Below are positions 38,606 to 52,052 of a stretch of DNA of 64,000 bases, in pieces (the stretch's first letter is position 1; each line of letters starts with the position of its first letter). The stretch is taken from positions 20,338,001-20,402,000 of the forward strand of contig NW_024704742.1 of NCBI RefSeq assembly GCF_018977255.1. Direction: 5' to 3'. The translations under genes and the position numbers were made by a program. This DNA is from Callorhinchus milii (taxonomy: Eukaryota). The notes below the pieces were generated by a model, which made no database searches, was not told where the DNA came from, and saw nothing but the letters and a program-made list of their open reading frames with translations.

Positions 38606-40599
38606 TCTGGGGAAAGATTCTTGACAGGTTCAAAATCAGCAGCATATAGGAGATTTTACACTGAAATTACAAACTCCTGCCCTCTCACAGTTTATATCAT
38701 CTTTGAGCCCACTCAGTTGGACAATTAACTTTTAATACCCTAGCAAACTTTGAGAATCATCCAGGTACATCGTGTGAGGATATTTTGATTGAAAAAAAAG
38801 TAAATTCTGGTGGTTTAATGTGGTTTAAATAGTAATAATAAATAATAATCTGTCCAATTGATGTAGCGCCGTTTATGTCAGGAGGGTGTTACAAAGTGCT
38901 TCAAGCAATACACAGTAAAGTGGAGTGAGTGTATTTTGCAACTCGCCTTTAGTTCTCTAGAAATATCACAATTGTCTTACAACGTTTCGTCCACAAAATA
39001 TACAGTCAATTCACTTTACAGTATATTCTGTGAAGCGCTTTGAGATGTCTCAAAGATGTGATAATGCGCTATATCAAATGCAAGGATATTATTATTACTA
39101 CAACAGAATACAATACAATTTACACTTATGTAGCACTTTTCAAGTTTAGAGGTCATCTCAAAGTGCTTAGCATCTTCCTGCAAATAAAGGTGTATTCAAG
39201 CATCCTTTATTACAATTGTATGACATGGCTGCTGTCTTTCCCCATATGTGGTTCATCATCATTGTCAATAACCCTAAACAAAGACTAAAAATGAAGCAAC
39301 CTCTACAATTAAGTATAAATAGTTGTAACTTCTTTTTCTTAGATCCCCTCTCGAGCTTTGTTTCTTTGTCAAAGTTTCACTTTTTCTAAAGTATTTGGTG
39401 CTTACTTCCTGTCTAGCATCTTTCACCATCTTCAGTCTCGCCGAATGAGACCGTGGCAGTGCATTATCAGGAAGCGCTTTGAAGTTTTAAATATCGGTTG
39501 GCTGCCTCATGTCTCATAATAATTAGTGGTCCAAAACAGACCCCTTCTCTTCCAAATCACTGAGAGTTTTGTGAGACAAAGATGCAATTACGTTACAGCT
39601 GCTGCTCAGTTGAGTGCAGGCATTTAATTTTAAATGGCAGATGCGGTAGAATGTAACCTGTGACACCACCATTGCTGGTGAAAGAATCCATCTTTTATTT
39701 CGAAAAGATCAATTGTGAGTCCTACCTTTTTTGAAAATGAACAATGCAACCTTTACAAAGAAAGATGATCTTTTTGTGACAGTCTCCCATTATCGTATCT
39801 TGATCCAATGCTGGATCAGACGACAGATAAGACAGTTCTGATTGCTGTTTAGTGACAAAATGCTGAAAAATTCATGCCTTTGGACAGGATGCAGCTTGAC
39901 TGTGATGATCTCACCTCTCTCCCTCAAACTTCACCAGCTGTGGACATTGACTGTCTAAACTCTTATATGAAGAACTGTTACTTAGACAAGGTACTAAAGG
40001 GCTATTGGCACATGTGCGCTCTATAACGCACCATAGGCCATTATCTTCCGGAAAGGAAATAAATACTAAAGGGGGCAGAAAATAAAGAACTACATTGATG
40101 AAAGTAAAAGTTATTCACACCCATGAAATAACACTTTAAGAGTCAGGAGCAGAGTTTCAAATAACGCCTGAAGATGATTGCAATGGATGTCTTGTTTGCA
40201 GTAATCCATGGATAAGAATAAGAGCTTTCACATTTCACAAGGCCTTTAACAAAAAAGCTTTCAATAAAAAACATTCTTTGAAGATGCATCATTTATGCTG
40301 GAAAGCAGTAGTTTGGGTGCACAGAAGTAAATCATCTGTTCACTAATAAGTTTCTCCAATGTGATTGTTTTGGACACTTACAATTTAAAGCATATTTTAA
40401 AGGTATTTAAAATCCTTTTAACTTCTAAGTAATAATAATCCTTGCATTTCATTTAGTGCATAATCATGTTGTCAAGATGACTCATTTACATCTGTAATAT
40501 AACCGAAAGCCTTTCCTAGAACAACCCCAACTTATTTTGTGGTCAAAGTAAAAAGTAATGTTTCCATCTGACTAAGAGATGGAAGCATATAAATTGTTT

Positions 40600-40908
40600 G
40601 CCTCACAAGTGAGAGGGTCCGGGTCCAATTCCTGGGCAGGGTGAAAATTTGGGCAAGCTTCCTTACTCCACAAACTTCTGTTTACTTAGCATTAAGTAGG
40701 AACCCGGTTGTTAATTGCTTTCAGGGGGTAAAAATCCCTCAAAAAAAGAATTTGGTCACTGAATCCATTACTGTTTGTGAGACACTGATGTATGTGTTTT
40801 GACCCACAAAATGTATAGTCAATTCACTTCACAGTATATTCTGTGAAGCGCTTTGAGATGTCTCGACTACGTGATAAGGCGCTATATCAAATGCAAGGAT
40901 AATTATTG
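40600..40908 (+). mobile_element. tRNA-derived SINE, slightly 5'-truncated
   Basis: ccgggtccaattcctgggcaggg B-box region through gcgctatatcaaatgcaaggataattatt. Confidence 0.85.
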
Positions 40909-42805
40909 TAAGAAAGAATCATTCTTCTGTTGTTTTAGATGCTATTAGCTTTAAAACCCCTAAATGCTTCACACCAGAGTATTTGATTATCTATTGCTAT
41001 TGAGTAATATTTGAGGACATACATGCTTCTTAATTTATGTTACCAAATTTCACAGCTCTCCTGAAACTCACATATCTCCTGAGATTTACAGAGGTATTTC
41101 CAGCACTTTCTAAAACCTATAAAGATCTATATTCAACCCTTCTGAAGCACTAATTTGTTTCACACTTTCTGAAATTGCTTTGTAATGATTATCAAACACG
41201 AAGATTGTAAAAGGCAGGAATACTGAAGTGGAATTTTACAATGCAGCAATGGAAAATATCTCACCAATTTGGTCATGTTTGTGTGGATGTAACAGGATAA
41301 AGCAATCCAGTAGCTATATATGCTTAAACTTTCAAAAAGTTGCGAAATATGCATTAAAATCAGTCTTATTTTATGATCTCTTGAACCTCCAATGCTTATC
41401 CTATTGATGCTTCCCTCTTTAGTTCATACATCTGCTGGTTATTAGGTTATTCACAACACGGTAGCAGTTCCTCCTCTTTCTGGCAGCTTCATGTTGCACC
41501 ACATGACAATTTGTGATGTTAAGAGCTATGGAGAGCAAGGGTATTGTTGGTGGTTTGTGCAGTGTCTTTAGTCTCAAATCTCAGCAAGTTTCTTTTGAAT
41601 TGTTGATAAGCTTGAACGCTTGAAATAACCCAGAGCTCCTCTCCTCACATGCGGCATAAAATATCTTTTTTAATATCACTGCTTGAATGTACTGTGCTTG
41701 ATCTTGTAGTCAGACCAAAGGCATTATTTCCATTCTCAATTTTGTTATTCATAGATGCATACCCAGTAAACTCAATATGCTCAAGGTGTCATCCAGCATA
41801 TTGGTGATATAATATTAAAATCACAACCTTCTACTTTGGCTTCATTTTCTTTTTGATACTTTCTATCTATAAAATCTTGCAGCAATCTTCTAAACAAGGA
41901 GAAAGCCCTCATGTTTAATGCATGCAGTAAAGCATATTGCTCCATTATTTTCTTTGGACTGAAAATATTGATCGGACACTGCTCCCGTATAGAGATCTTA
42001 CAACAGGTCTTCAGCAATGAGGCACTTAAACTATTACACTTGTCTCAAACAAAATATGAAAATCAGTATGAAATATTTGATTGAGATTGAAAACCCAACT
42101 TTTATTTATTTTAGTTGAAATTCTATTCTTGTGTCTTACAATCCTAATTTTTTAAAAAAAATCTATTGTTTTGTTTAGGTTAAATGGCTTTCATCTTTCT
42201 TTAACAAAGTACTTAAAGAATCGACAAAATATGAATTTGATGCCACTTATTAGAAGGAGCTACAGACATATGAAACATACATTGTAGTTGGGCATCCACT
42301 CTGTATGAAGGGCAGCAATTTTCTTTTGATATTCTGTGAACGTTGCTATTTATCTTTCACCAAATTGTGTCTTGTAAAAGTTTGCATTGATTTTTTTCCC
42401 CATAGACATATACAAAATGTCTTGAAACAATGAATCCTCCATCATTGTTAGATGAAACTTCAGATTGTAAATTACTTTTGTAATAGGTCTTTCTATGTGA
42501 ATGAGAGAAAGGCTAAGATTGGGAATGTTTGGTAGCAACATGATTATTCCGAACCCAAGAGAGTGAGAAAGATAGGGAATAAAAGACTACAAAACAATCA
42601 CGGACTTAGTGTTTTTCCTTGTGAATGGTATGTATGTTGACTAAAAGATTGAACTTAGAAACAAAAGCCTTCTAATCAATTGCAGCAATAATAATTCTTC
42701 TCAACGAGATACGTTTCTGTGTGTCAAGCAACCTGCCCAATGGTTGATCACTTGATTACAAATAGTAACTTGCATTTTTGAAACACGTAATCTGAAGATA
42801 GACAA

Positions 42806-43470
42806 GAACAACAACAACAAGATTCCATTTATTGAGCGCCTTTCACGTCGGGAGGACGTCCCAAGGCGCTGGACAGTTAGGTCAGGACCCGAGCAGGGGG
42901 GAAATGGTCAGGGTGAGGGGAGGGAAGGAGCGAGGAGGGGGTAGAGATTCTAGAGAGGAGCTGAAGGCACGGTCAAAGAGAAAGGTCTTGAGACCGGCCT
43001 TGAAGGAGGAAAGGGAGGAGGCGGCGAAGGCACTGGGGGATAGAGTTCCAGAGCCTCGGGGCTGAGAGGCTGAAGGCCCGGCCACCGATGGTAGGGCGGT
43101 TGGGGCGGGGGATGTGGAGCAGACCGGAGCCAGAGGAACGGAGGGTACGGGCAGGTAGGTAGGGGGATAGTAGGTCGGAGAGGTAGGAGGGAGCAAGGCC
43201 GTGAATGGCCTTGTAGGTGAGGATGAGGATCTTGAAATCGAAGGGGGTAAGTGGGAGGAATTGAGGCAGAGTTCCAGATTTTCGGGGCATAGCACGATTG
43301 CCAATGGTAGATTGAGCAGACATAGGATGATCAGGTGGCCAGAGCAAGTTTAGAGGTAGAGGAATGGGGTGTAAGCAGAGAGCTAGGGAGGTGCCAGGGC
43401 ATGAAGTGATTTGTACGTGAATGTGAAGATCTTGAAGTCAACCATATCTGCAATAGGGAGCTAGTGGAGC
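42806..43470 (-). mobile_element. Young L2 3' fragment (42806-~43245) joined to older L2 sequence
   Basis: ORF FDFKILILTYKAIHGLAPSYLSDLL..RTLRSS..GGRAFSLSAPRLWNSIP; intact tail. Confidence 0.9.
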
Positions 43471-44032
43471 CTAAATAATCATCACTGTTTAAAGGCACAG
43501 TTATTGGTCATATCTAAATCATTATAAACTAACCAACATTTGGAGTCAAATATGATTTTGCCGCAGGTAATTTAAATTCAGCTTCCTGATAAAAATCGCT
43601 TCAGACAGTGTAACGCATGACAAACTGAGATGAAGAACTGAGATCTCTAGTAAGGTGTGAGTTTAGGAGCTTTTCCACATCACAGAGTCATGGCAGCAAT
43701 TTTCAAACAGTTACAGACCAGAGGAGAATAGGTTATTCTTATTCACTGAGGTCCATCAATTTACCAATGACAAGACAATCGCCTCTTAATGTTCTTACTC
43801 ATTAGTAACAATACCCTTACTAGCAGAATGCTGGTCCCACGTATTTCTGCTGTATGTGCACAGCAAAAGAATTGTGAAGTTTTATTTAGAGAGCACATTT
43901 TAACAGCCCGAAAATTCATAAAGGGAATATTTCTATAACATTGCATAGATGTTGCCTTTTGCAATGAACAATACATTCTGTGATATAATACTGTTATCTG
44001 TTGTATTCATTTTGACTTATTCTGCTGTTTTA

Positions 44033-44206
<174 letters not shown>

Positions 44207-44663
44207 TTACTTTGGTTGCATAAAAGCTACAAACTGAGATCATCACATAACTACGTTTCCAATTCAGACATAAGGAAGTTTGCAGTGGAGAGAAAATGAG
44301 AGAACAAGCACCTTCCTTATGTTAAAAAAGCAGAAATATAAACCAACTTCAATAATTACCATAAATGTTAAGGGATTGGCATAGGAATCAAGGGCAGAAA
44401 ATGAAAAAGTCAAACATCAGTTAAAGAGCTTCAACTTGAGAATTTTTCATTTCTCCAGCCAACTTCCTGCAATGCTTTCTGTATAACAATAATAATCCTT
44501 ACATTTGAGAAAGCACCATTCATGTTGGGAGGATGTCTCAAAGGGTCTCACAAGATTTACTATAAAATGGAGTGACTACAGTCATCGACTGTGGCAGTCA
44601 ATTTACATACAGCAGTGTCCCACAAACAGTCATGAAGTGAATGACCAATTTTGTCTGGGGATT

Positions 44664-44854
44664 AAAAACAGAAGTCGCTGGGAACACTCAGTGGGTCAGG
44701 CAGCATCTATGGAGAGAGGAAAGTTAACGTTTCAGGTCAATGACCTTTCGTCAGATGACCTTTCGTGACTTTTCTCTCTCCATAGATGCTGAGTATTCCC
44801 AGCGACGACTGTTTTTATTTCAGATTTCCAGCATCTGTGGTATTTTGCCTTTTG
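44664..44854. mobile_element. Palindromic Penelope-like element remnant with hammerhead core
   Basis: Arms aaaacagaagtcgctgggaacactcag..agcatctatggagagag and ctctctccatagatgctgagtattcccagcgac..ctgttttt. Confidence 0.7.
44722..44754 (-). ncRNA. Minimal type I hammerhead ribozyme core (probably inactive, stem I disrupted)
   Basis: Minus strand CUGACGA-A-AGGUC-auu-GACCU-GAA-ACGU-U-AACU. Confidence 0.55.
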
Positions 44855-46285
44855 TTTATCTGGAGAATTTTGGCCAGGATACTGGGACAAACTCCTTTCA
44901 CTTTTCCAACAGTGCCATGGAATCTTAACATCCATTTACAAAGGCAGATGGTACCTCCAACAATATCTCACACCCCCAGCACCTCAATGGAGCATAGACT
45001 AATCACTTGCAGACAAAATAATTTGCATCTTTCACGAGTGATCAAATCCACATTTTTCTTTCAAAAAATACATATCATGTATCCCACAATGGTGCTTTAT
45101 TCACGCTAAATGCTTTGGAGCCACATGTTTTTTCTTTGATTTAGTCAATTAGGCACTCATTTTCCATCTTTCCTTTCCATCTTGTGATTTTATAATGGCA
45201 ACATTTTGACCTGCTCCTTCCTTCTTAAATGTAATCCATTAGAGTTAGAAAACCAGTTAACAGTCCGCTGATAGATCCTAATCTGGTTTAAAAGACTGAT
45301 TCACTGTAACATGTATTATGCATTGGAAATTCTTTCTACATTTTAACACCAGGCAGAACTAGAAGTTTTTTAAAAAAAGTGAGAAGACCTGATGTAAAAC
45401 GCATTATGTAAATGTAATTTTTTTTGCTGTTGTTGATCACATATTGGAGATGTGCCTTGCTCCCCATAGAGCAGTGTAATTGTAGAACAGACTCACAAAA
45501 AGACATCGGGCCAAGTTGATCAACTCCTTCAAAAAGAATTACGTGGAGTTATATAGAACAATAAGGCACAGAACCAGACCATTTGGCCTAACTGATTCGT
45601 GACAGTGTTTATATCCCATGTCCATGTAAATCTACACTGTGCTCTGTCCAGTGAAACAATATCCTTTCTAAGAATATGGACAAATATTTGATTGGGAGTG
45701 AGACAGTGTCAGATTGGGATGATATTCTAAAATGATTAAATACTGCATACAAATTGGCTACTGCACTGCTGTGGCAAGGAAGGCAGGAAGGGGTGACTGT
45801 TGGTTGCGGACGGCAGCAGGCCAGGGTTGGATAGTGGAGGACTAAAAATGGATTGACATTTCAGAGTTTTCTTCCACAAACATCGGGGTTTATTTTTGCT
45901 AAACTTAATCAAGAGATTTAAATGGGTTAGAGTGCCCATGAGAGGCTGGGTTGTACATGGTGTGTGAGAGGAGCAGCCTTTTCTCATTCCATGCTAATTT
46001 TTTTTACATATTTAAATGCATTCATATTCACTTTATAATTTCCTTATTTGTGCACATAACCACTGCATTTTCATAATGTACTTCTAAATTACAAATATTG
46101 CTGATTTAAGTATGTACCTGCTAACTCATGATTAAAATATGTTTGTATTAAAACTAGCTAGTTAAATTCTTACATTTATAAATATTTCTACACTTAAAAT
46201 ATTTCCTTTCAGATCTGTTTAACAATGATATTTATTTTCCTCATATGTATCCTTCACTGAAAGTAGCTTACTGTGGGAATCAACA

Positions 46286-46377
46286 GTGTTTTCTATGATG
46301 TGGAGGCTGTGTTTTACACAATACGGACACTGTTTTCTACAATACGGAGACTATAGTTTTAACATTACAGAGACTCT
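46286..46377. repeat. Degenerate ~22-bp minisatellite, about 4 units
   Basis: Units resembling tgttttctacaatacggagact. Confidence 0.6.
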
Positions 46378-46404
46378 TTTTTTCACTGTGCTACTTTTTC
46401 ACCT

Positions 46405-46765
46405 ATAGCTAGAGCTGTAGGTTAGAGCACTCGAGAGGACCTGGGTTCAAATCTCAGGCAGGGCAAAATGTTGGGCAAATTGCTCCACGTGCCTCTGTTC
46501 ATCCAGCAGTAAGCAGGGACCTGGCTGTTAGTCGATTGGAGGATCGCTTTTCTGGGGGTCCTAATCCCTTTAAAAATATAATAATTATTTGGTCACGCAA
46601 TCCACGACTATTTGTGGGACACTGCTGTGCGCAATTTGATGCTGTGTTTCACCCACAACATTTGCAGTCAATTCACTTTACAGTATATTCTGTGAAGCAC
46701 TTTGAGACATCTAGAAGACATGATAAGGTGCTATATCAAATGCAATAATTATTATCATTATTATT
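46405..46765 (+). mobile_element. tRNA-derived SINE
   Basis: ggttagagcactcg..acctgggttcaaatctcaggcaggg, core and (tta)n tail. Confidence 0.85.
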
Positions 46766-47130
46766 AATATTATTATAAGACCTATCATTACTGTTACTGA
46801 ATATCAAGTTTTGACTAATTACACCAGGCAACTTATCTGGCATGCAAACAAGGAATGCTAATTCCAATAGCAGCGTGCTCATAACCTTTCATACAATAGT
46901 GCTGTAAATGTAAGCAGAATTGGGCCTTAAGGACAGTTAATCATCAGTAAACATCTGTTAAGGAACATTTTGTAACAATCATTAGATCAAATACTACACT
47001 TTGGGACTGCAGGCTGTTTCGGGAAACCAATGTTGAACAAATCCCAAGCAATAAATACATCATCAAAAGTTACATTGTGTATTTTTCTTTGTTACTGTTA
47101 AATAATGATTAGTTGTGTTTGTCATTCATT

Positions 47131-47370
47131 GAATCATAGAATCATAGAATTGTACAGCACAAAAAGAGGTCATTCGGCTCATCGAGTTTGTGCCGGCTCT
47201 TAGAATAGAGCAATTAATGTCAATCCCACTCCCCAGCCCTTTCCCCATAACCCTGCAAACCCGTCCTCCTCAAATACCCATCCACGGCGTTTTTAAAAGT
47301 AGTTATCGAATCGGCCTCGACCACCCTTTCAGGCAATGCGTTCCAGATTCGAACAACTCACTGCGTGAGT
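47131..47370 (-). mobile_element. CR1 LINE 3' end
   Basis: (gaatcata)n is the reverse of the CR1 octamer tail (attctatg)n, followed by CR1 3' UTR and WN.LP-type coding remnant. Confidence 0.85.
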
Positions 47371-47394
47371 CATTGGGTCGTTATTATGTATGCA

Positions 47395-48122
47395 CACCAC
47401 CCTATCTCAAACCTTCCTTTTCTGTCAAAGGTCATGGAACGAGTTGTCGTTTCCCAGCTTTGTTCTTTCCTCTCCCAACATTTCCTCCTTGAATCCCTCC
47501 AATCTGGGTTTTGTGCTGCTCACAGCAAAGAGGCAGCCCTGGTCAAGGTGACAAATGACATTCTGTCCATTTGTGACCAGAGTTATCTCTGTCTCCTCAT
47601 TCTTCTTGACCGCTTTTGATACTGTTGACCATTCTGTTTTTCTCCACTGCCTCTCCTCTCACCTGCACCTCAGATTCAGTTCTTGCCTGGTTCCAATCCT
47701 ACCTTTCCCACAGTCTGCACTGCAGTCTGCATTAATGCACTTTCCTTTAGCCCCCACACTGTCACGCGTGGTGCCCCTCAGGGCTCTGTCCTCATCCGCT
47801 CCTCTTCAATATGCGGATGACACCCAACTCTAACCCACCACCTCCATCCTCAAGTCCTGGCTAATTGTCTGTCTGATACCAAGTCCTGGACAAGAGCCAA
47901 CTTCCTGCAGCTCAGTGTTGGCAAGACAGAAGCCCTCCTGCTTGGCTCCCTGCAGCGCCTCCTCACCTCAGCGGCTGACACTATTACCATTCATGGCTGC
48001 ACTCTTCACCTCACTGAGCTAATCCGAAACCTCGGTGTCCTTTTCGACCCTCAGCTATCCTTCAAACCCCAAATTCATGCCGTGACCCATTTCGCCTTTC
48101 AACAACTCCTCAATATTGCCCA
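47395..48122 (+). mobile_element. L2 RT fragment
   Basis: PISNLPFLSKVMER..QSGF..AFDTVDH..YADDTQL. Confidence 0.88.
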
Positions 48123-48665
48123 ATAATAATAATGCTTGCATTTGATACAGAGTCTTATCACGTCATTGACATGTCTCAAAGTGCTTCATAGAATATATTG
48201 AAGAGTGAATTAACGTTGTATTTTGTGGGTGAAACGCAGCATCGAATTGCCCATGACAACAACGTGAATTGTTGGGGTGTGTTGGGGAGTAAGCAGGTCA
48301 AAAAGGTAGGGAAGTGTCAGGGCATGAAGGGATTTGAAAACGAGTGTGGGGTTCCTGAAATTGATCCATTCAGCGATATGCAGCCAGTGGAGCTTTGCTA
48401 GCACTGGTGTGATGGGGGTATGGAGTACGTACGGGTGAGTTTGGAGGTGGCAGAGTATTCGATCAGCTGGATTTTGTGGGATGGTGGAGCTGGGGAGACC
48501 GGCAAGGAGGGCATTTGAATAGTCGAAGTGTCCCACAAACAGTCGTGTAATGATTGACCAATTTTTTTTTGGGGGGTGGATTATTACCGCCAATCAACTA
48601 ACACCCATGTTCCTACTTACTGCTAGGTAAATAGAGTAGTAAGGAAACTTGCCTAAGGTTTTGAG
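48123..48665 (-). mobile_element. tRNA-derived SINE split by a tail-less L2 internal fragment (~48260-48527)
   Basis: SINE tail at 48123-48255; L2 sequence (FDYSNALLAGLP..ITPVLAKLHWL); SINE resumes at gtgtcccacaaacagtc, 48528. Confidence 0.8.
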
Positions 48666-48884
48666 CCCTAACAAACCATTTGCTTCATAGTCATTTTCGT
48701 TTTATAAAAAAANTCTATACGAAAAATCAATTACCATTCATTAAAACTACATGATGGGAAGATCAGATGGCTGGTTTCAAAGAGTGGATTAAAGTAACCC
48801 AGTAGTGGAAAGACAGGGAGTCTTTGGAAAGCATGGCTTATAGAGATCAGAGGATTTGAAGACCTTAAGTTCCTTAACAACAAA

Positions 48885-49960
48885 ATCAACAACAAGATTA
48901 CATTTGTATAGCGCCTTTCAAATCGGGAGGATGTCCCAAGGCGCTGGACAGTGTATAACATTTCAGACCTGAGCTGGGGTCAGGGAGGGAGAAGGGAGGG
49001 GAGGGGAAGGGTGGTGACCGATGGCATGGTCGAAGAGGAGGGTTTTGAGGCGGGACTTGAAGGAGGCTAAGGAGGGGGTGAGGTGGAGTGACTGGAGAAT
49101 GGAATTCCAGAGGTTGGGGGCAGAGTGGCTGAAGGCTTTCCCGCCAATGGTGGGGGGGGTGGGTTGGGGGATGTGGAGCAGGCCGGAGCCAGCTGAGCGA
49201 AGGGAGCAGGCGGGTTGGTAAGGGGTTAGGAGGCCGCAGACGTAGGGTGGGGCGAGGCCATGGAGGACTTTGTGGGTGAGGACCAGGATCTTGAACTGGA
49301 TCCTCTGAAGGATAGGGAGCCAGTGGAGTCGAGCGAGAGTGGGGAGATGGGGTCACGGAGTTTGGTGCGGGAGAGGACAAGGGCTGCAGAATTCTAGATT
49401 ATCTGCAGCCTGTGGAGGGATGAGTTGAGAAGGCCGACAAAGCAGGGCATTTGCATAGTCGAGCCTGGAGGTGATGAAGCATGAACAAGAGTTTCAGCGG
49501 CCTGACGGGTGAGGTATTAGCGGAGTCAGGCGATGTTACGGAGGTGAGGGAAGGCAGAGCGGGTCATGGCTTGGATGTGGGGAAGAAAAGACAGTTGAGG
49601 GTCGAACAAGACACCTAGGTTCCTGACTGGCTTGGTGAGTTATAGTGTGCAACCATGGAGGTTTGTTGCTGCCAGAGCCTGAGGTGCTGAGGCGCTGGTG
49701 TGAGTCAATCAGGAGGGCCTCAGTCTTGTTCACATTCAACTGTAGGAAATTTGCCCTCATCCAAGACTTGATGTCCGACAGGCAGTCTGTCAGGACAGCA
49801 GTGGTCCTGGAGTTGAGGGTGGAGGCGAAAGATAGAGTTGGGTGTCACCCGCATGCATATGGAAGTTGACTCCATATCTGCAGATGATGTCACTGAGGGG
49901 GAGCATGTAGATATTAAAGAGGAGAGGGCCGAGGACAGAGCCCTGGGGGACACCAGACTG
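48885..49960 (-). mobile_element. 5'-truncated L2 LINE
   Basis: GVPQGSVLGPLLFNIYM, WMRANFLQLNVNKTE and 3' tail. Confidence 0.92.
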
Positions 49961-50109
49961 AATACTTTTCATTACATTCACTTTTTGTTATCATTTATTT
50001 CCATTTAAAATGCCTTGAAATTTCTTTTACATATGCAGTCTTACATTAAAGTGGAATGATATATTACTCAGAGAAAACTGAAATACTAATAATATTCATG
50101 GAAGATAAT

Positions 50110-50615
50110 CTGTCCTCATGCCAGGCATCGAGAAATTAAAGGGAAAGTGGTCAGATACATTTTACAAGAATGATCCCCAGCTTTAACTATGAGGAGAGAC
50201 TGGAAAAGTGGGGTCTATTTAATTTGAGCAAAGAAGGTTGGGAAAGGACCTGATAGAAATGTACAAAATTATTATGGATTCCCACAGGGTAAATAGGGAG
50301 AAATTATTTATATAGGTAGGATTTAAGTGACTAAGTGTCATGGTTATAAGGTAAGTCACAAGAAGGGTGTTAGGAAATCTTAGGCTATTTTATTCACTCA
50401 GAAAGTTGTTGGGATGTGGAATGCCCTGATAACTAAGGTAACTGAGGAAGAGGCCAAAATGGATTTCAAGAAGGAAGCAGAGAGGGTACATGAAGGACAG
50501 ACCCTTGAAGGGTTGTGGGGTAGGGCAGGGTAATGTGATTGAATGGACTCCTTGCTCTGAGAGCGGTGCAGACATGATGGGTCTTCTGTGCTGGAAATTT
50601 CTATGATTCTATGAA
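50110..50615 (+). mobile_element. CR1 LINE 3' end
   Basis: FTRMIP..NYEERLEK-like coding remnant; ends tttctatgattctatga. Confidence 0.85.
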
Positions 50616-50671
50616 ACATAATTAAATGATACCTGTCAGCAGTTACTTTATACAAGAAGGACACACAATGT

Positions 50672-50940
50672 GTCAACTTGGCCCAGTTGGTAGCACTCAG
50701 ATGATTGTGGGTTCGAGCCCCATGAGACTTGGAACTCATACAGTCTAAGATGACACTCCAGTGCAGTGCTGGGGGAGTGCTGCATTGGTAGAAATACCGT
50801 CTTTCAGATGAGGCATTAAACCGAGGCCCTATCTGCCTGTTTATGTGGACAATAAAGATTCTATGGTACTGTTCAAAAAGCAAAGGGACTTTTTCCTGGT
50901 GTCCTGGCCAACAATGTTCCAGATAAAATTGGTCATGGCT
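50672..50940 (+). mobile_element. Deu-domain SINE, 3'-truncated
   Basis: ttggcccagttggtagcact..gggttcgagcccc..gacactccagtgcagtgctg..cagatgaggcattaaaccgaggcc. Confidence 0.8.
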
Positions 50941-51574
50941 CTGTATCTTGCAACCTACAAGTCTTGTAGTGTCAGTGAGTAGCCAGAGGTCTTATATCTT
51001 TCAATCTTAATTCTCCTCATTTTATCCTCTGCTAAGAAGTATTTATTTGACAGGTGGAAGTTTGCAAGGTGGAAGGTGCAAATCAAGCATAAAGGCTTTG
51101 AACAGTATCAGTAGAACTCTAGAGATATGTGAAAAAGTAAAACTTGTGGTTAGACATGCTTGTCCTAGCTACAGTTTTGTGCAGTGATAAATCAACCCCA
51201 TTCAATACAAAATATGAAGCATCCACCTTGCACTAAATGAATTGACGAACTTATAGATGTATGAATTAAGATGCTGAAGGAGAGTGATTTTTTTATAGTT
51301 CTCCGTCAAAACAAAAGTGTCTAATTTTGAATATTTTTCACTACTCCCCTCCAACAGTGCTAGGACACAGTGTGGACCTGTGTTATAGTTAAGGTTAAGA
51401 TCTCATAAGTCTCATTTGCACTCCAGGCAAAATCAAATGGAAATTAAAATGATTTCCTAAAGGTAAGTAGGGAGGATTGGAGTACAAAACAACTCATGGT
51501 GATCTCTCAAGCAGCTCTTAGCAGGTGGCTCAGAGTAGCAATGTAGAAATACATTTAGGTGTGATTTGAGCATC

Positions 51575-52052
51575 AGTTTGCCTTAGTTCGTGGCATACTC
51601 ATCTCTGAATCCCCAACTGTACAGCGTCCTGGCACGTCCTCCCGACGTGAAAGGCGCTCTATAAGTGGAATCTTGTTGTTGTTGTTGTTGAATCAGAAGG
51701 TTGGGGGTTTGAATTCAATGTTGGGCATAGTCTAATGCAGTGCTTTGGATCACTGCATTGTCAGAGGTGTCGTCCTTCAGATGAGATGTAAAAAGGAGGT
51801 CCTGACTGCCTGTTTTGGGTGGACGATAATGATTCCATGGCACTATTTGAAGAAAATCTATTTTTCTCCTAGCAAAAAATATAATCCAAATAAAATTGGG
51901 TATTCACTTCATGTGAAACATTGCTGTGTTTAAAGTTGCTGCCGTATTTGTCTGCAAAATACAGTCATTGCACTGCACTGTAAACCTGTGAAGTACTTTG
52001 AGACTAACTCCCGTAGTGAAAGGTGTATCAAATGTAAAGATTGTTATTATTT
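51575..52052 (+). mobile_element. Deu-domain SINE with an L2 tail (51612-51688) inserted in its tRNA head
   Basis: Target duplication tgaatc at 51606-51611 and 51689-51694 around gacgtgaaaggcgctctataagtggaatc(ttg)n. Confidence 0.8.

Larger units (their letters stand above)
44488..44990 (-). mobile_element. Deu-domain SINE interrupted by a Penelope-like palindrome
   Basis: SINE tail and core at 44488-44662, resuming at ~44855 (tttatctggagaattttggccaggatactggg..gtgccatggaatcttaacatcca). Confidence 0.75.

Noticed and set aside
46286..46377. CRISPR-like repeat array
   Set aside because: Adjacent degenerate units without unique spacers, in vertebrate DNA; it is a minisatellite.
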